Source of the DNA: Selaginella moellendorffii
Taxonomy: Eukaryota > Plantae > Lycopodiophyta
Assembly (NCBI RefSeq): GCF_000143415.4
Contig: NW_003314262.1
Span: 2,530,603-2,594,602 of the forward strand
DNA length: 64,000 nt
Reading direction: 5' to 3'
In this document: piece after piece, positions 48,501-60,137 of the stretch
Numbering within the stretch: position 1 is the stretch's first letter
How the letters are laid out: every line of letters begins with the position of its first letter
Notes under the pieces: model-generated
Database searches by the model: none
Told to the model about the DNA's origin: nothing
What the model saw: the letters and a program-made list of their open reading frames with translations, nothing else
Made by a program: the position numbers and the translations under genes

Positions 48501-50740
48501 TCGTTTGCACATATTCTATGAAGCTCTCCCGAATAAAACAGACAGTGCTCCAAAGGAACTGGTCGTTTAGTCGTCCTGCACATAGAAATTTCAGACGCTG
48601 GGAAACACAATGGAGAGCATGCATACCCAGTTACGTATATCTTCTTTTGTTTTGTGCGACCAACCCAATCAGCAAACTCCCTAATGTTAGGCACCTAAAA
48701 CAGTCACAATAAGAGGCAAGAAGATTGTAAACAAAAAAATTCTTACCGTAGCTGATAGTAAAACAAGATTGACATGCTGGGGAAGCATGATAATGACTTC
48801 TTCCCATACAACACCTCGCTCAGCATCATTTACGTAATGGACTTCATCAAAAACTACCTGTGACGTCGATCGTAAAGAAAGATTGAAAATCAACTGGGAG
48901 AATACATACCCATTCTATATCCCGTACAAGATCCGCTCCCTTGTAAAGCATAGAGCGGAGAATCTCTGTGGTCATAATCAGGCAGGAAGCCTCGGGCCGT
49001 ATACTCACGTCCCCAGTCAGAAGTCCGACGTCAAACTTCTCACTAAAATCACGATACTTCTGATTGCTGATGGTTTTGATGGGGGACGTATACACTGCCC
49101 TTGTACAATGCTGGAATAAGAGAGTCAGACTTCCAAAGCTAGAATACATTGGCGGAGCATACCTTTGCAGATAATGCAAATGCATATTCAGCAACAACTG
49201 TCTTGCCCGCTGATGTGTGTGCAGCAACAAACACGGATTCATTTTTCTCCAGGTGATAGATTGCCTGCGGAAGGTAATTCAAGACTTCATAGTCGACTCG
49301 AGATGACGTACCTCCTTTTGAAACTTGTCAAGTTCAAAAGGAAATTGGATTGCCATATCTGGTATAAGCTCCAAAAACCTTTCTGCTACACCACTATCTC
49401 CGTCCATAACCACCCATTCCTGAAAAATAGTTCCATGTCAGAAAATGTTTTTCATTTCTAACCAGCTATATTACCTGTTTAGCCTCTGCCTTCGGCACAG
49501 GAGCAGCCTCGACCGTTTCAGTTGCAAGGATTTTATCAACTTCAGACTCGGGTTCCACTTCGTCCTTTAATACAACCTCGTCGATGGGATCTGAAAGACG
49601 TTGCAAAGCCTTGCTTGAAACATAAAGGAATTACCTATGGTTTACCTTCGTCATCGTCCTCACTTTCTTCCAGCATTTGATGTTCCCATGCCTTCCGAAA
49701 TAAGTCTTCGTAATGTAGGACACTGTCCTTCTGTGTAGAAATAACATTGTTCAGGAAAGAAGACGAACATCGTTTCGGAAGAGCAAACCTTTTCTGGTTC
49801 CTTGAATGCCTCTGCAGAAGACACATCCGACTTTTTGGACCATGTAAATGGCTGCAGCATATGAAGTTTAGTCAAAATATGTTGCTAATACTTTTGCATA
49901 CCTCAGGGACACCAAGGTTGGATAAACCCCGTTTAAAACCCGGAGCAACAGTCTGCAGTGGTTTGCCTTCTAAAACTTCGGCTAGCCATTCTCCGTTCTG
50001 TGCGCCTTCGGGAATAATTTTTTCGCCAAGATCAACTCCACCTGGTCGAAACGGTTGATTGCTCGAACTTCCACGGACAAAGTCTGCCGGATTTCCTGGC
50101 TTCCGCAACATCGATGAAGCGGCGTCGCTTCCATACTCAGGCTTGATCTGGAAAAAGAAGCAAAAGCAAGAAAATCATTAAAAAAAATGGAAGAGAAACA
50201 CTTGAAAGGCTTCGATCAACATACCTGCTCAAACTCAGGAACCCAAACTCTCCCTTGCTCTTCCGACGTACGATACTCACTCTCCTTTCGTCTAAACGGC
50301 GGCTTCCACACCGGAGAAATCGTAAGCGGTGCCAGAGACGGCTCATAGAGATAAAATCCATCTCCAAACCAGTCGACCTCCCAGTATTTTCCTGTCCGTT
50401 TCACGTCATCAATATCACTGTCCAGCCGAGGAACTAGATATTTCTCCTCGATCTCTGCAAGAATCCCCACGGAGGTCTGGGGAGGCTGCACTGGTGGCTG
50501 CCAAAAACACGAATGCCGATCAAGGAAACGATCACTCTCTGGAAATACTCACCAAAATCAGCTCAGGAAGATCGTCTAAGGGATTGCTCCGCGAAATCGG
50601 AGGCAATATTTCGACCTGGAGCTCACCGCTGTATCCCGCGACGCCGATCTTGAATGGAAGCTCGCCTCCTGGAGCAAGATCGATAGATCAGAGAGGAAGA
50701 AACACGAGCTCGAAGAGATACCTAGCTTGGGAGGCGCCAT
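45524..50740 (-). CDS. SKI2: SKI2 DExH RNA helicase (cytoplasmic exosome cofactor), multi-exon
   Basis: [56 protein letters not shown]-terminal [17 protein letters not shown]...[12 protein letters not shown]; Ski2 N-terminal domain present. Confidence 0.95.
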
Positions 50741-50945
50741 TCGCTCCTCGCGGAGAAAAAAATAGAGGGAAAAATTATTTGGTTTGCCCTAGTTTTATAT
50801 ACCCAAGCCCTTTAGGATTAGGGTTCTTGCTGGAAGGAGAAGAAGGCGCCACGCCACGACAATGCCGTCGGCCCCGCGGCGCGATCAGGTCAGCTGAGCG
50901 ATAGAGAGCGATGATTTCGAGTAGATCTCCAGCTGGGATGAGAGG

Positions 50946-53034
50946 ATGAACGCGAATGGGTTAGGATTCATGCGTCGCTCGTCGGGCGCAACCGCATCGA
51001 CATCGGCATCGTCATCGGCAGCTACTGCCGCGGCGGAATCCTCGTCCGGCAGGATGGATTTCGCCAAGCTACAGTCGCGATCGAGCTCGGCATTCGTTCC
51101 GCCGCACAAAACCCAGCTCCCTCCCAGGTATCACTTATCTCTCAGCTCCGGCGGTGGTGCTGCGTCGCATTCTCATCGGCAGCAATGGCAGAGGAGGATC
51201 TGGGGGGCCGTCACGCTCATCCTCGCGGTCTCGGCTCTCTTCTATTTCTTCTCGGTCTTTGGAGGGCCGCGCCGCCAACAAAACTCCAGAGGCCATGCGA
51301 TCGTGATCGACGCTGGGAGCTCCGGGTCCCGGCTCCACATCTTTAGCTACAAGGTGGAGAACCTCTTCCCCCACATTGATACGCAAGACATCCCATCGCT
51401 CAAGACAAAGCCCGGGTTGTCATCTTTCTCGTCGAATCCACAACAGGCTGGGGAGTCGCTGGTGGAGCTGCTGGACTTCGCAAACGCGAGGATCGCGAAG
51501 AAGGATAGAGGACAGACGAGACTATATCTCATGGCCACTGCTGGTTTGAGGCGGCTGGAGAAGAACATCCAAGAAGATATCATTGAGTCTTGTCGATCGG
51601 TGCTTCGCCAGTCTGATTTCATGTTTGAAGATAGCTGGGCCTCGGTTATCACTGGTAAGCTTCTTTCTCTTCTCTTCTTTGCTTTTATCTTTTCTTTGTG
51701 TTGTATGCTCACAGTTCTCTCGTGTATCCTTGCAGGCACAGAGGAGGGAATTTTTGCGTGGGTTTCTGCAAATTACGCTCTAGGCACGCTTGGTGGCGAT
51801 CCACACGCGACTACTGGAATAGTGGAGCTCGGTGGCGCGTCTGCTCAGGTAAGCCTTTCGAATGTTTACGTCCTTGCGTTTCACTAATCCTTGTTTGATC
51901 AGGTGACATTTGTGCCAGATTCACCATTTCCTCCAGAGTTTCTGCACTCTTTGGACTTTGGTGGAGTCAATTACAAACTCTACACGTATAGTTTTCTTCA
52001 CTTTGGTCAAGAGGCTGCCTGGGACAATTTACTTCAGCTATTGCTCTCCGGAGCGGTGAAACCAAGTATGGCAATCTCAGTTATTTTCTCTAAGTTGAGT
52101 GGTCACTGGACGCGACTGCAGGATTAAAGGCTAAACCCGGCGTGGTGATTGATCCGTGTACTCCGGCCGGCTATGTGATGAACTCGGAGCTTCTAGAGAA
52201 GATTGCAAACACACTACAGGGGCCGAACCAAGTCAAGGTCTCCACGGTACTTTCGTCTGGAAACTTTTCTGAGTGCCGGAGAGCTGCTCAAGAACTTCTT
52301 CAAATGGGCGAAGGTACGCTAGTCTTCTTTCTCTTCGGATGAATAACCTGTGTAACTCTTACCAGACCAATGCCTACATGAGCGATGCGCGATTGGATCC
52401 ACGTTTGTCCCGGATCTCCGTGGAAAGTTTTTTGCGACAGAGAATTTCTTCTACACGTCCGAGGTTTGTTTCTTCTACAAGTTTCTCTTTAAAGCTCTCG
52501 TTCCTTCCAGTTCTTTGGACTGCCGGCAACCACTTCTTTGGCCGACGTAGAAGCCGCGGGTGATTTCTACTGCGGCGAGCAATGGACAAAGCTCAAGAAC
52601 AAGCACGTCGGAATCCAAGAGGAAGACTTGTTAAAGTATTGCTTCTCCACGGCTTACATCGTTGCGCTGCTTCACGACAGGCTCGGGATTGCCATGCACG
52701 ACGAAAGGTAGCGTAGCTTTTTTACATCTCTTCTTTCGAAGTTCTCGATAAGTAACAATCTCTCCTGGCCAGGGTGCGCTTCACGAACAAAGTCGGCAAC
52801 GTTCCACTCGACTGGGCCTTGGGAGCGTTGATGGTGAAGCTGGCTGATAACATCGAGGAGCGCTCGGAGTGGAGTTTTGGGGATGACTGGGTAACCATTC
52901 TTTCGTTTTTTGGATCGTTCGGGCTAGTGTTTGTTCTCGTCTGGCTCGTTCTGAGATGCCGGAAACCGCGGTTGAAAACCATTTATGACCTTGAGAAGGG
53001 CCGGTACATCACTACCACTCGCCTCCATCGATAA
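50946..53034 (+). CDS. Apyrase (GDA1/CD39 NTPDase, APY6-like) with N- and C-terminal TM helices, multi-exon
   Basis: ACR motifs VIDAGSSGSR, LMATAGLRRL, GTEEGIFAWVSANY, ELGGASAQV, DWALGA; C-terminal LKTIYDLEKGRYI. Confidence 0.93.
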
Positions 53035-53200
53035 AAGAAAGAAAAAAAAAAACCTTCTATCAACATTTTTGCTGCTCGAAGAAGCAAATGGTTCTTTCAG
53101 AGTTTGTACCGTCCCTACATTATCGATCTCAAGTTAGCTGAAAAGCATTGTAATCAATAATCCAAAGGGAACAAAGCTTACTTGCAAACTCTCGCTCAGA

Positions 53201-54064
53201 CTAGACTTCCATGCGCCAGAGAGCTCGGCATGTCTCAAACTCAGATTTCTCCGTGGTGTTGAGCTTGAATTCGCTCCTTAGTCGCTTTTGCTCGTCCAAG
53301 ATGCCTAGGAAAGGAGAAAACACGTCAAGGCTTTCGAGAGATACTAATCTCTAGAGATGTGCTTACTGCCTGTAAGTATAGAGCTCCCAATAGACTCGGT
53401 GTCCGGGACGATCCTAGTGACTTGTGCGAACAAAGAGAGCTCGTGACTGGAAGCAAAACGAAGAGAGTGAGAAAAAAAGATGGTGCTGATTATCATCACG
53501 TGTTGTGCTGCTGGAGCGCTTCGAGCTTTTTAAGTTCTTCCTTCTTGGCCTCCAGGGAGTTGAAACGAGTTTCTATCCTGTTCACTTCGTCTTTTAGAAC
53601 TGTGGAAAAATCAAGAACTAGTGTCAAGAATGCGAAGAAAAAACATAAAAAAATTTCGAGAGTGAAATCACATGAAACTTATCTGGTTTCTTCCTCCAAA
53701 TCCTGCTCATGGTCTCTGATTTGTTTGAGCGTAATGGTCAGAGCTTCCAGTTCTGCGTCATTCACTCCCGCATTCTTCAAACGAGCCATCATCTTATCGG
53801 TCGCGTCGACTTCCTGCTTCAAATCTAGCCAGCAAAGCTTTGAGCAAAGAAAGAGAGAAGACAAAAAAGAGTCATACCTTGGAGCAACCCAGTCATTCGC
53901 TCGCGATCCTCCTCCACGGCAGCCCCAGCTTCGCTGAGCATCGCTTCAACTCGCTGGATCACGGCGGCATCGTCGTTGTGGAGCTTCTGGTACACCTCCC
54001 TGCAGTGCCGCGCACTGCTGCCCATCTTCTCCAAGAGATCCATCGCCACCGCAAAGCCCTCCAT
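53201..54064 (-). CDS. SPC24: Kinetochore NDC80-complex subunit SPC24 homologue, 5 exons
   Basis: Coiled coil followed by an RWD-like tail LSLFAQVTRIVPD...ILDEQKRLRSEFKLNTTEKSEFETCRALW, resembling recalled plant SPC24 (LSMYASVTxVIP...ETCNxIW). The model requires one non-canonical intron. Confidence 0.75.
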
Positions 54065-54107
54065 TAACCCTCTTCTTTCTCTTTTCAAAATGTAGGGCTC
54101 CTGGCGC

Positions 54108-56141
54108 TTATAGGCGGGAAGAAGAAGCTCCGGGGGCGTAGAGATTGGAGAGCAGTAGCAGCGATGTGGAATCCAGATCCACAGCACCCTTTGCCGCGAC
54201 GCCTCCCTGCTCGAGATCTCTGTCCCGGCCGCAAGCTCCAAGCAGGGATCGAAATTCCAGGCCCTCCGGCTCGAATGGCATGCTGCTCAGGAGATTTGTG
54301 GCGTCCGCGACTGATCCGGCCCGCGCTAGCAGATCTACCATGGAGCTGTAATGCTGCCGTGTGGGATTCTGCCCGAAATCCCTCTCCATCGAGTGGAAGC
54401 ACGATTTCCCTGCCTCGACGCTGCCACCATGGCTGCACGCCACCAAGAACAGGGCAAAGCTGCTGTCGTCGGGCTCCTCCGTGAGCATCAGCGTGTGGAA
54501 TCCCTGGAACGCGCCAGCGGCATCGAGATTTCGAGCCAGCGCCGCGATGAAAGTGCTCCAGGAGACGAGATCTCGCTCCGGCATCCGCTGGAACAGGGAG
54601 ACTACCTTCTCGCGTTGCCCGTGGAAGGCGCTTGCCGCGAGAATCGTGTTCCAGGACTTGAGATTCCTCTCCTCCATGAGATCGAATCTCGCCTTCGCGC
54701 TCGCGAACTCGCCGCAGTGGCAAAACGCGCTGAGCAAGACGTTCCTGGAAATAAGATCCCTATGCGGCATATTCTCAAACACGCTCTTGGCGGATTCCAG
54801 ATGCCCGGTCGCGGCATATGCCGTGAGCATCGAATTCCACGTCACGAGGCTGTGCTGCGGCATCTCGTCCATGAGAATCTTCGCATCTTCCACCCGCCCG
54901 GCCTGGCCGTACACATTGAGCATGACGTTCCACGTCACCTGGTTGCGGCGGGCCATGCGGTCAAACATTGTGCGGGCCTCGTCCACGGGCAGCAAACACA
55001 GCATCGCGTTGTACGACAGGAGGTTGTGGTACTGCATGCTCTTGAATATTCGCCTAGCCCCGGCCGCGTTGCCCCTCTGCGCGAGCGCGCTTAGCATCGA
55101 GTTGTCCAGCACTACGTCCCTGTACGGCACCCGGTCGTACATCTCCTTTGCGTTGTCCAGATGCCCGTTGAGGGCATATGCGAAGAGCATACTGCTCCAA
55201 GATACAGAATCCCAGAAGGGCATGTCGTCGAAGATGCGCTTTGCTTCCTGGATATTACCCGCCTGGGAAAATGCCACGAGCATGGTGTTGCGAGACACAA
55301 GATCGGTCTCATGAAAGGTGGCAAAGAATATCCTCGCATCTTCGAGATGCCCTGCCCGGGCATATGCCGCAAGCATAGCATTCCACGATACCATGCAATG
55401 CTGCGGCATCTTGTCAAAACACCTCTTTGCGTTGGGGACGTCTCCTTCTTGGGAATATGCTGACAAGATTGCATTGCAGGAGCTTAGATTCGTCGCAGGC
55501 ATCATGTGAAAGATGCGCTTGGCATCTTCCAAATGCCCGTTTTGGGAATAAGCTGATAACATCGCATTCCATGACGGGAGGTCCAGTTCTGGAATGTCGT
55601 CAAAGATGAGCTTAGATTCCCTTAAGTTGCCATTTCGAGCATATGCAGCAAGCATGGCTGTCCAGGATACAAGGTCCTTCTGTGGCATCCTTGCAAATAT
55701 TTTTCTTGCCTTTGAGAGATACCCGTTTTGGGCATATATCACGAGCATTGATGTCCAAGCAACGAGATCCGGTTGTGGAATCTCATCAAATATTACCTTA
55801 GACTCCTTGAGATTCCCATTGTGGGCATAAGCGATGAAAAGGGCTGTCCAGCAAACAACGCTGTGCTGAGGCATCTGGCTAAAAAACTGCTTAGCTTCCA
55901 GAAGATACCCATTTCGGGTATATGCCAAGAGCATGAGATCCCACGTCATGGAATCTCTTGCTGGAGGGTCCATGGAATCGAAAACTCTTCGTGCGTGCAT
56001 TGCGCTGCCGCATCGCGCATACATTTGGATGAGCTTGTTGTTCACAAACAAGTCCAAATTTTCTTTGTAGCGCTGACAAACTTGGGAATGTATAGTTATC
56101 GCAAAGGAGAGGCTTTTGCAAGATTGTATGGCACAATCCAT
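54108..56141 (-). CDS. PLS/SS-type PPR protein with E domain, intronless
   Basis: ~31-aa repeats; HYSSMVDLLARAGSVADATNLLSSMPFEP; no DYW domain. Confidence 0.93.
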   Translation of the reverse strand: MDCAIQSCKSLSFAITIHSQVCQRYKENLDLFVNNKLIQMYARCGSAMHARRVFDSMDPPARDSMTWDLMLLAYTRNGYLLEAKQFFSQMPQHSVVCWTALFIAYAHNGNLKESKVIFDEIPQPDLVAWTSMLVIYAQNGYLSKARKIFARMPQKDLVSWTAMLAAYARNGNLRESKLIFDDIPELDLPSWNAMLSAYSQNGHLEDAKRIFHMMPATNLSSCNAILSAYSQEGDVPNAKRCFDKMPQHCMVSWNAMLAAYARAGHLEDARIFFATFHETDLVSRNTMLVAFSQAGNIQEAKRIFDDMPFWDSVSWSSMLFAYALNGHLDNAKEMYDRVPYRDVVLDNSMLSALAQRGNAAGARRIFKSMQYHNLLSYNAMLCLLPVDEARTMFDRMARRNQVTWNVMLNVYGQAGRVEDAKILMDEMPQHSLVTWNSMLTAYAATGHLESAKSVFENMPHRDLISRNVLLSAFCHCGEFASAKARFDLMEERNLKSWNTILAASAFHGQREKVVSLFQRMPERDLVSWSTFIAALARNLDAAGAFQGFHTLMLTEEPDDSSFALFLVACSHGGSVEAGKSCFHSMERDFGQNPTRQHYSSMVDLLARAGSVADATNLLSSMPFEPEGLEFRSLLGACGRDRDLEQGGVAAKGAVDLDSTSLLLLSNLYAPGASSSRL

Positions 56142-56199
56142 GTCTCAAAATTGTCATGGAGTGGCATGGCTTTGCAAGAGTGGACAAGAATGTAGAGGA

Positions 56200-56271
56200 C
56201 GCCGTTGCCGGGGATCGAACCCGGGTCGTCCGCGTGACAGGCGGAAATACTCACCACTATACTACAACGAC
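56200..56271 (-). tRNA. tRNA-Asp(GTC)
   Basis: Exact reverse complement of 27750-27821. Confidence 0.97.
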
Positions 56272-56355
56272 ATTGACATTGATCAGGCTTTTGTTTATTT
56301 GATTTCCCCGCGCCATAGCATATACTAAGTATAATCTACCCTACGGATTTAACCT

Positions 56356-56403
56356 ATTCCACATGCCATAGTGTGGGATGAAGCCACCAAAGTAGTATAT
56401 AAA
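56356..56403 (+). promoter_or_regulatory. snRNA promoter: USE-like element and TATA box
   Basis: ATTCCACATGC (cf. RTCCCACATCG) at about -70 and TATATAAA at -30 relative to U1. Confidence 0.65.
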
Positions 56404-56425
56404 GTAGGGTTTGACGAGGATTAAC

Positions 56426-56586
56426 ATACTTACCTGAACGGGGTCTATTGGTGATCGTCAAGGCCAATGGCCTAGGTTCGGCCTTCCCATTGCACTTCGG
56501 CTTGGCCGGCCTATCATCTTTCCAAAGTGGAGGGGTGGACGTCGTAATTTGTGGAAGCTGAGGGCTCGCGTACGCGCGGCCTTCTC
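56426..56586 (+). ncRNA. U1: U1 spliceosomal snRNA
   Basis: 5' ATACTTACCTG, U1A loop ATTGCAC, Sm site AATTTGTGG, terminal GC hairpin; ~161 nt. Confidence 0.93.
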
Positions 56587-56642
56587 CAAATTGAAAAACT
56601 CTCTAAGTTGGACTATGTTTTTACTTTTTACAAAGATCCTTA

Positions 56643-56860
56643 TCTTGTAATCATCTTGGAAATTGATAATTAGCTTATTTGCAGAATGTTCTAAAGTCTC
56701 TCGAGAAGAAAATCATATCCTACCGTCATATACAAACTTGTTTATAGATCCTCTTGTAATCATCTTGGAAATTGATAATTAGCTTATTTGCAGAATGTTC
56801 TAAAGTCTCTCGAGAAGAAAATCATATCCTACCGTCATATACAAACTTGTTTATAGATCC
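56643..56860. repeat. Exact 109-bp tandem duplication
   Basis: 56643-56751 equals 56752-56860. Confidence 0.93.
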
Positions 56861-56955
56861 GTGGTGAATCTACAAAGCAAGGTTCACGTCATCAGGCTCT
56901 ACGTCCATTACCTCCATTGCACTAACACAAAATTGGAGCTTCTCCACGAACTTGT

Positions 56956-59900
56956 TCATACAGGCCCGGCATCGGAGAACAAACCAGTTACTCTGCGAAA
57001 CCCAAGCTTCAGAGACAACAAAAGAAAAGAAACCAAAGGAGAGCTACAAACAATCAACCAGGCACGAACATCACAGCTTACAAACACCAACCTATCGTAT
57101 TTCAAGACGGCTTCACCAATCTGCCCGGCTATCTTGTTGCGAACCTTTTTAACAAGAATCTACAAAAAACGCGTCATGAGCACGAGGAACAAAAGCGCAC
57201 ACAGGAGATTTTACGCAAGTTCTCACGCAATCAACCAAAAACTTGCTCGAAACACACGCACACACAAAAGGAAAGTTACCTGGACTTGATCCAGAGGACC
57301 CTTCTCTGCGTCCCGGTTTCGATGAACTACAATGCCGTTGTCGCACTTGTTGATAAAATGAGCGCTTCCACTTATGTCATACATATTTGGCGGTTGTCCT
57401 TGCCAGTTGAGCATCTGTTCAGAACAAACAATTAGATTGCTATTAGGAACTGGACACAAAGAAATTTACTTGTCTCGGATGAGCGACGAACCAAACGTGA
57501 CAGTCATGGTGTTGAGCAAAGCGTTTGATCTTGGTTAGTATCTGACTAACATATTCTGTTTCAGTCCTGCAAAACCAAGTTAGAGGAGGGAAGGAAATAC
57601 GTTGAAATTTTAAACTATTACTGGCTGCTAGAGCGCTGATGGTCTAGTTCATTGTAAGGATCTATGACCAATCCTCGTATGCCATATCTTTGAACCGCTG
57701 CTTTTGCTCGATCCAAAACCCAATCAGCAGATGGAAGCTTCTCATTCTCACATCTACAATCGCAGTTACAACTTCGCTTCTCATACAAAACAATGCAAAC
57801 CTGATTAAATAGAAATGGTTGTCCAGCCATTCTAGACCAGCAGCAAACTCTTCCGGAGTCAGTCTGGGCGTGGAGTTACTATACCTGTCAACGTGCAGTA
57901 TGCCAGCTTTAGCTATGAGGAAGAAAACATAGTCAAAAAACAGTACTTGGCCTCAAAAAACGGCTTTCTGTAATGCTTCTCAATAAGCTTCCGAGCATGG
58001 TCCGTCACCTGGTCACAGAAGGATAAGTAAATGATAAACGTAAGAAAGCCATACCTTATTTTCCATGGAGCACAGCGCAAAACTCCAGCCTTTGGAGCGG
58101 TTCAGATTACAGACCAGTGCATCGATCCACTCACTTTTGCCAGAATTCGGAACTCCGGTCACAATTGTCAATTCTCCAGGAACAACCTACAAAGTCGTCA
58201 TGTGAATAATAAAAACGATAGCCAAATTCTTACCGTATAATACTCATCTAGTCCCTTCCATCCAGTGGAAGCACCTTCCGCCTCCTCAACACGCATATGG
58301 TAGTAATCGTCAATCTCCTTGAAAAAATTAGAGAACTGAAAAAGTCCACGAATTGGATAGAGCTCCGATTTCGCAACAACTTCTCGCAGCGCTTCTGGCC
58401 CGAGCGTGAGCAGCACCTGACGATAAAAAACGTTGAGAGAAGTTCACTGTTAGAAACAAGTCGAAAACCTCGTTAGCGTCTTTCAACTGCTTTCCGTCGA
58501 CGACTGGCCAGTTCACGCGCCAACAACGCTCACGACCGAAACGTCGAGCGAGTTCCTCGGCAAGAGCAAGTCCGGGACCGTCCGCATCGGTGGCCAGAAA
58601 TATTCGAGTCACCTACACAAATATTATTTCATGCAAGTTTCGCAACGCAAATACTTCATCGGGAACTCGAACCTTTCCAAATTGTTCCTTACAATCCCAA
58701 AGATATGAGAATTTTTTGTCCTGCAATGCAAAAATATCTAGGTACATGAAATGCGTATGCTCGAACCATAATGCGTACCTCCTCAGGATCTGGCGTTTCA
58801 CCGTCAGCAGCCTTCACAGGCGCACCATCGGGCACGCTAACGCAGTTTATGATACCAGCTTCTTCCATAGAAAGCTTATCCATTTCACCTTCAACCTGTC
58901 AAAAACACCAAAAAGAAATAAGAGTGAGCATATAACGCTGGAAAAATGCACACTTACAATGACAACTTCGTCTCTCCCTTTAATATCTTCTAAGCCATAG
59001 AATGTTCTCCTTGCAGCGCCCCGTGCCTGGTACAAACGGATCAAAACCGAAGCCAAAGCTACAAGCGTTTACCTTCCAAAAGCGTTTTTCGGGTATGGTT
59101 CGATATTTACAGTCGATGATTTTGTTCTCTTTGTAATAAGGAAATGCAATAGCCAGCTAAACGAGAAGTTATGGTCAAGAATATACACAAGAAAAAGCAA
59201 ATACCTCTGAGCCACTGTAAATCTGTTCTACTCTATTTCGTTGCAATACTTTTTGAGATATACCACGGGTTGCGAACCATTTGATAACCTGCAAATGTAG
59301 TCAGACTCGTGCAATTCTTCTACTGCAGCTTACATCATCGCTCAAAGGTTGTAAATTCAAGCTTGTGCGTGAAAACTCTGTGATTTTGGGATTTCTCCAA
59401 TGGTAAGCTGCTGCCATTTGTCGCTTGGTCAAGGCACTTCCGTTCTCATGTGGTACATTTGCCTGATGCCAACAAAGAAAAGAAAAAACACCCGAGTTAG
59501 CTATGGATGTCATTTAAATAAATTGCTTCACCTTTCCATGATATCCACAAGTGCTCCGATGGCATTTCCAAATGGCTGTCCATCTACAGAACAAATAAAA
59601 AAATGTAGTCGCGTGAAAAAACGAACAAAAACGTACTCGTCCTCAAGCCTCAAAGAAAAGCTGGGCTCGTATGTGGTACCTCCATTACACTGCCCAAAAG
59701 AAAGAAACACAGTAAAACTTGGAAAAAGAAGCTCTTCACGCACCTGGGGACATATTAGACGATGCTCTTTCCCAAGCGTCCAATCATCCATGACAATGCC
59801 CAGCTTCTCCAGCTCGAAACGAACAGGCAGTTGATCGTTCTTTCTCAAGTCTACAATGACGCTCTCTCAGAGCAACAAAAAGAGAAATAAATCACTTACA

Positions 59901-60137
59901 CGCATTCTCGGATGCGGCAGAAGCGAACTGGCAGACAGGACTCCCTCTCGCGCTGATTTGGAGCTCCCATCTTCTTGGCAAAAAAACTGGCAGAGATTTT
60001 CTAGAAGCGGGAAGGAATGGAGAGGAGGAGACCGGCGAATGCCGCTGCAATAGCAGCATCATAGAATTCCTCCACAGGGCAACGCCCAGCTGCGAAGAAC
60101 TCACCGATTTCAAGCCGAGCTGCTCGACCAGCGCCAT
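56956..60137 (-). CDS. TWINKLE: Twinkle organellar primase-helicase (T7 gp4-like), multi-exon
   Basis: Zn-finger CPQC; TOPRIM motifs VEGEMDKLSMEEAG, SVPDGAP, LATDADGPG, KDANE; helicase TGVPNSGKSEWIDAL, LVIDPYNELDH, YDISGSAHFINKCDNG. Confidence 0.93.
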
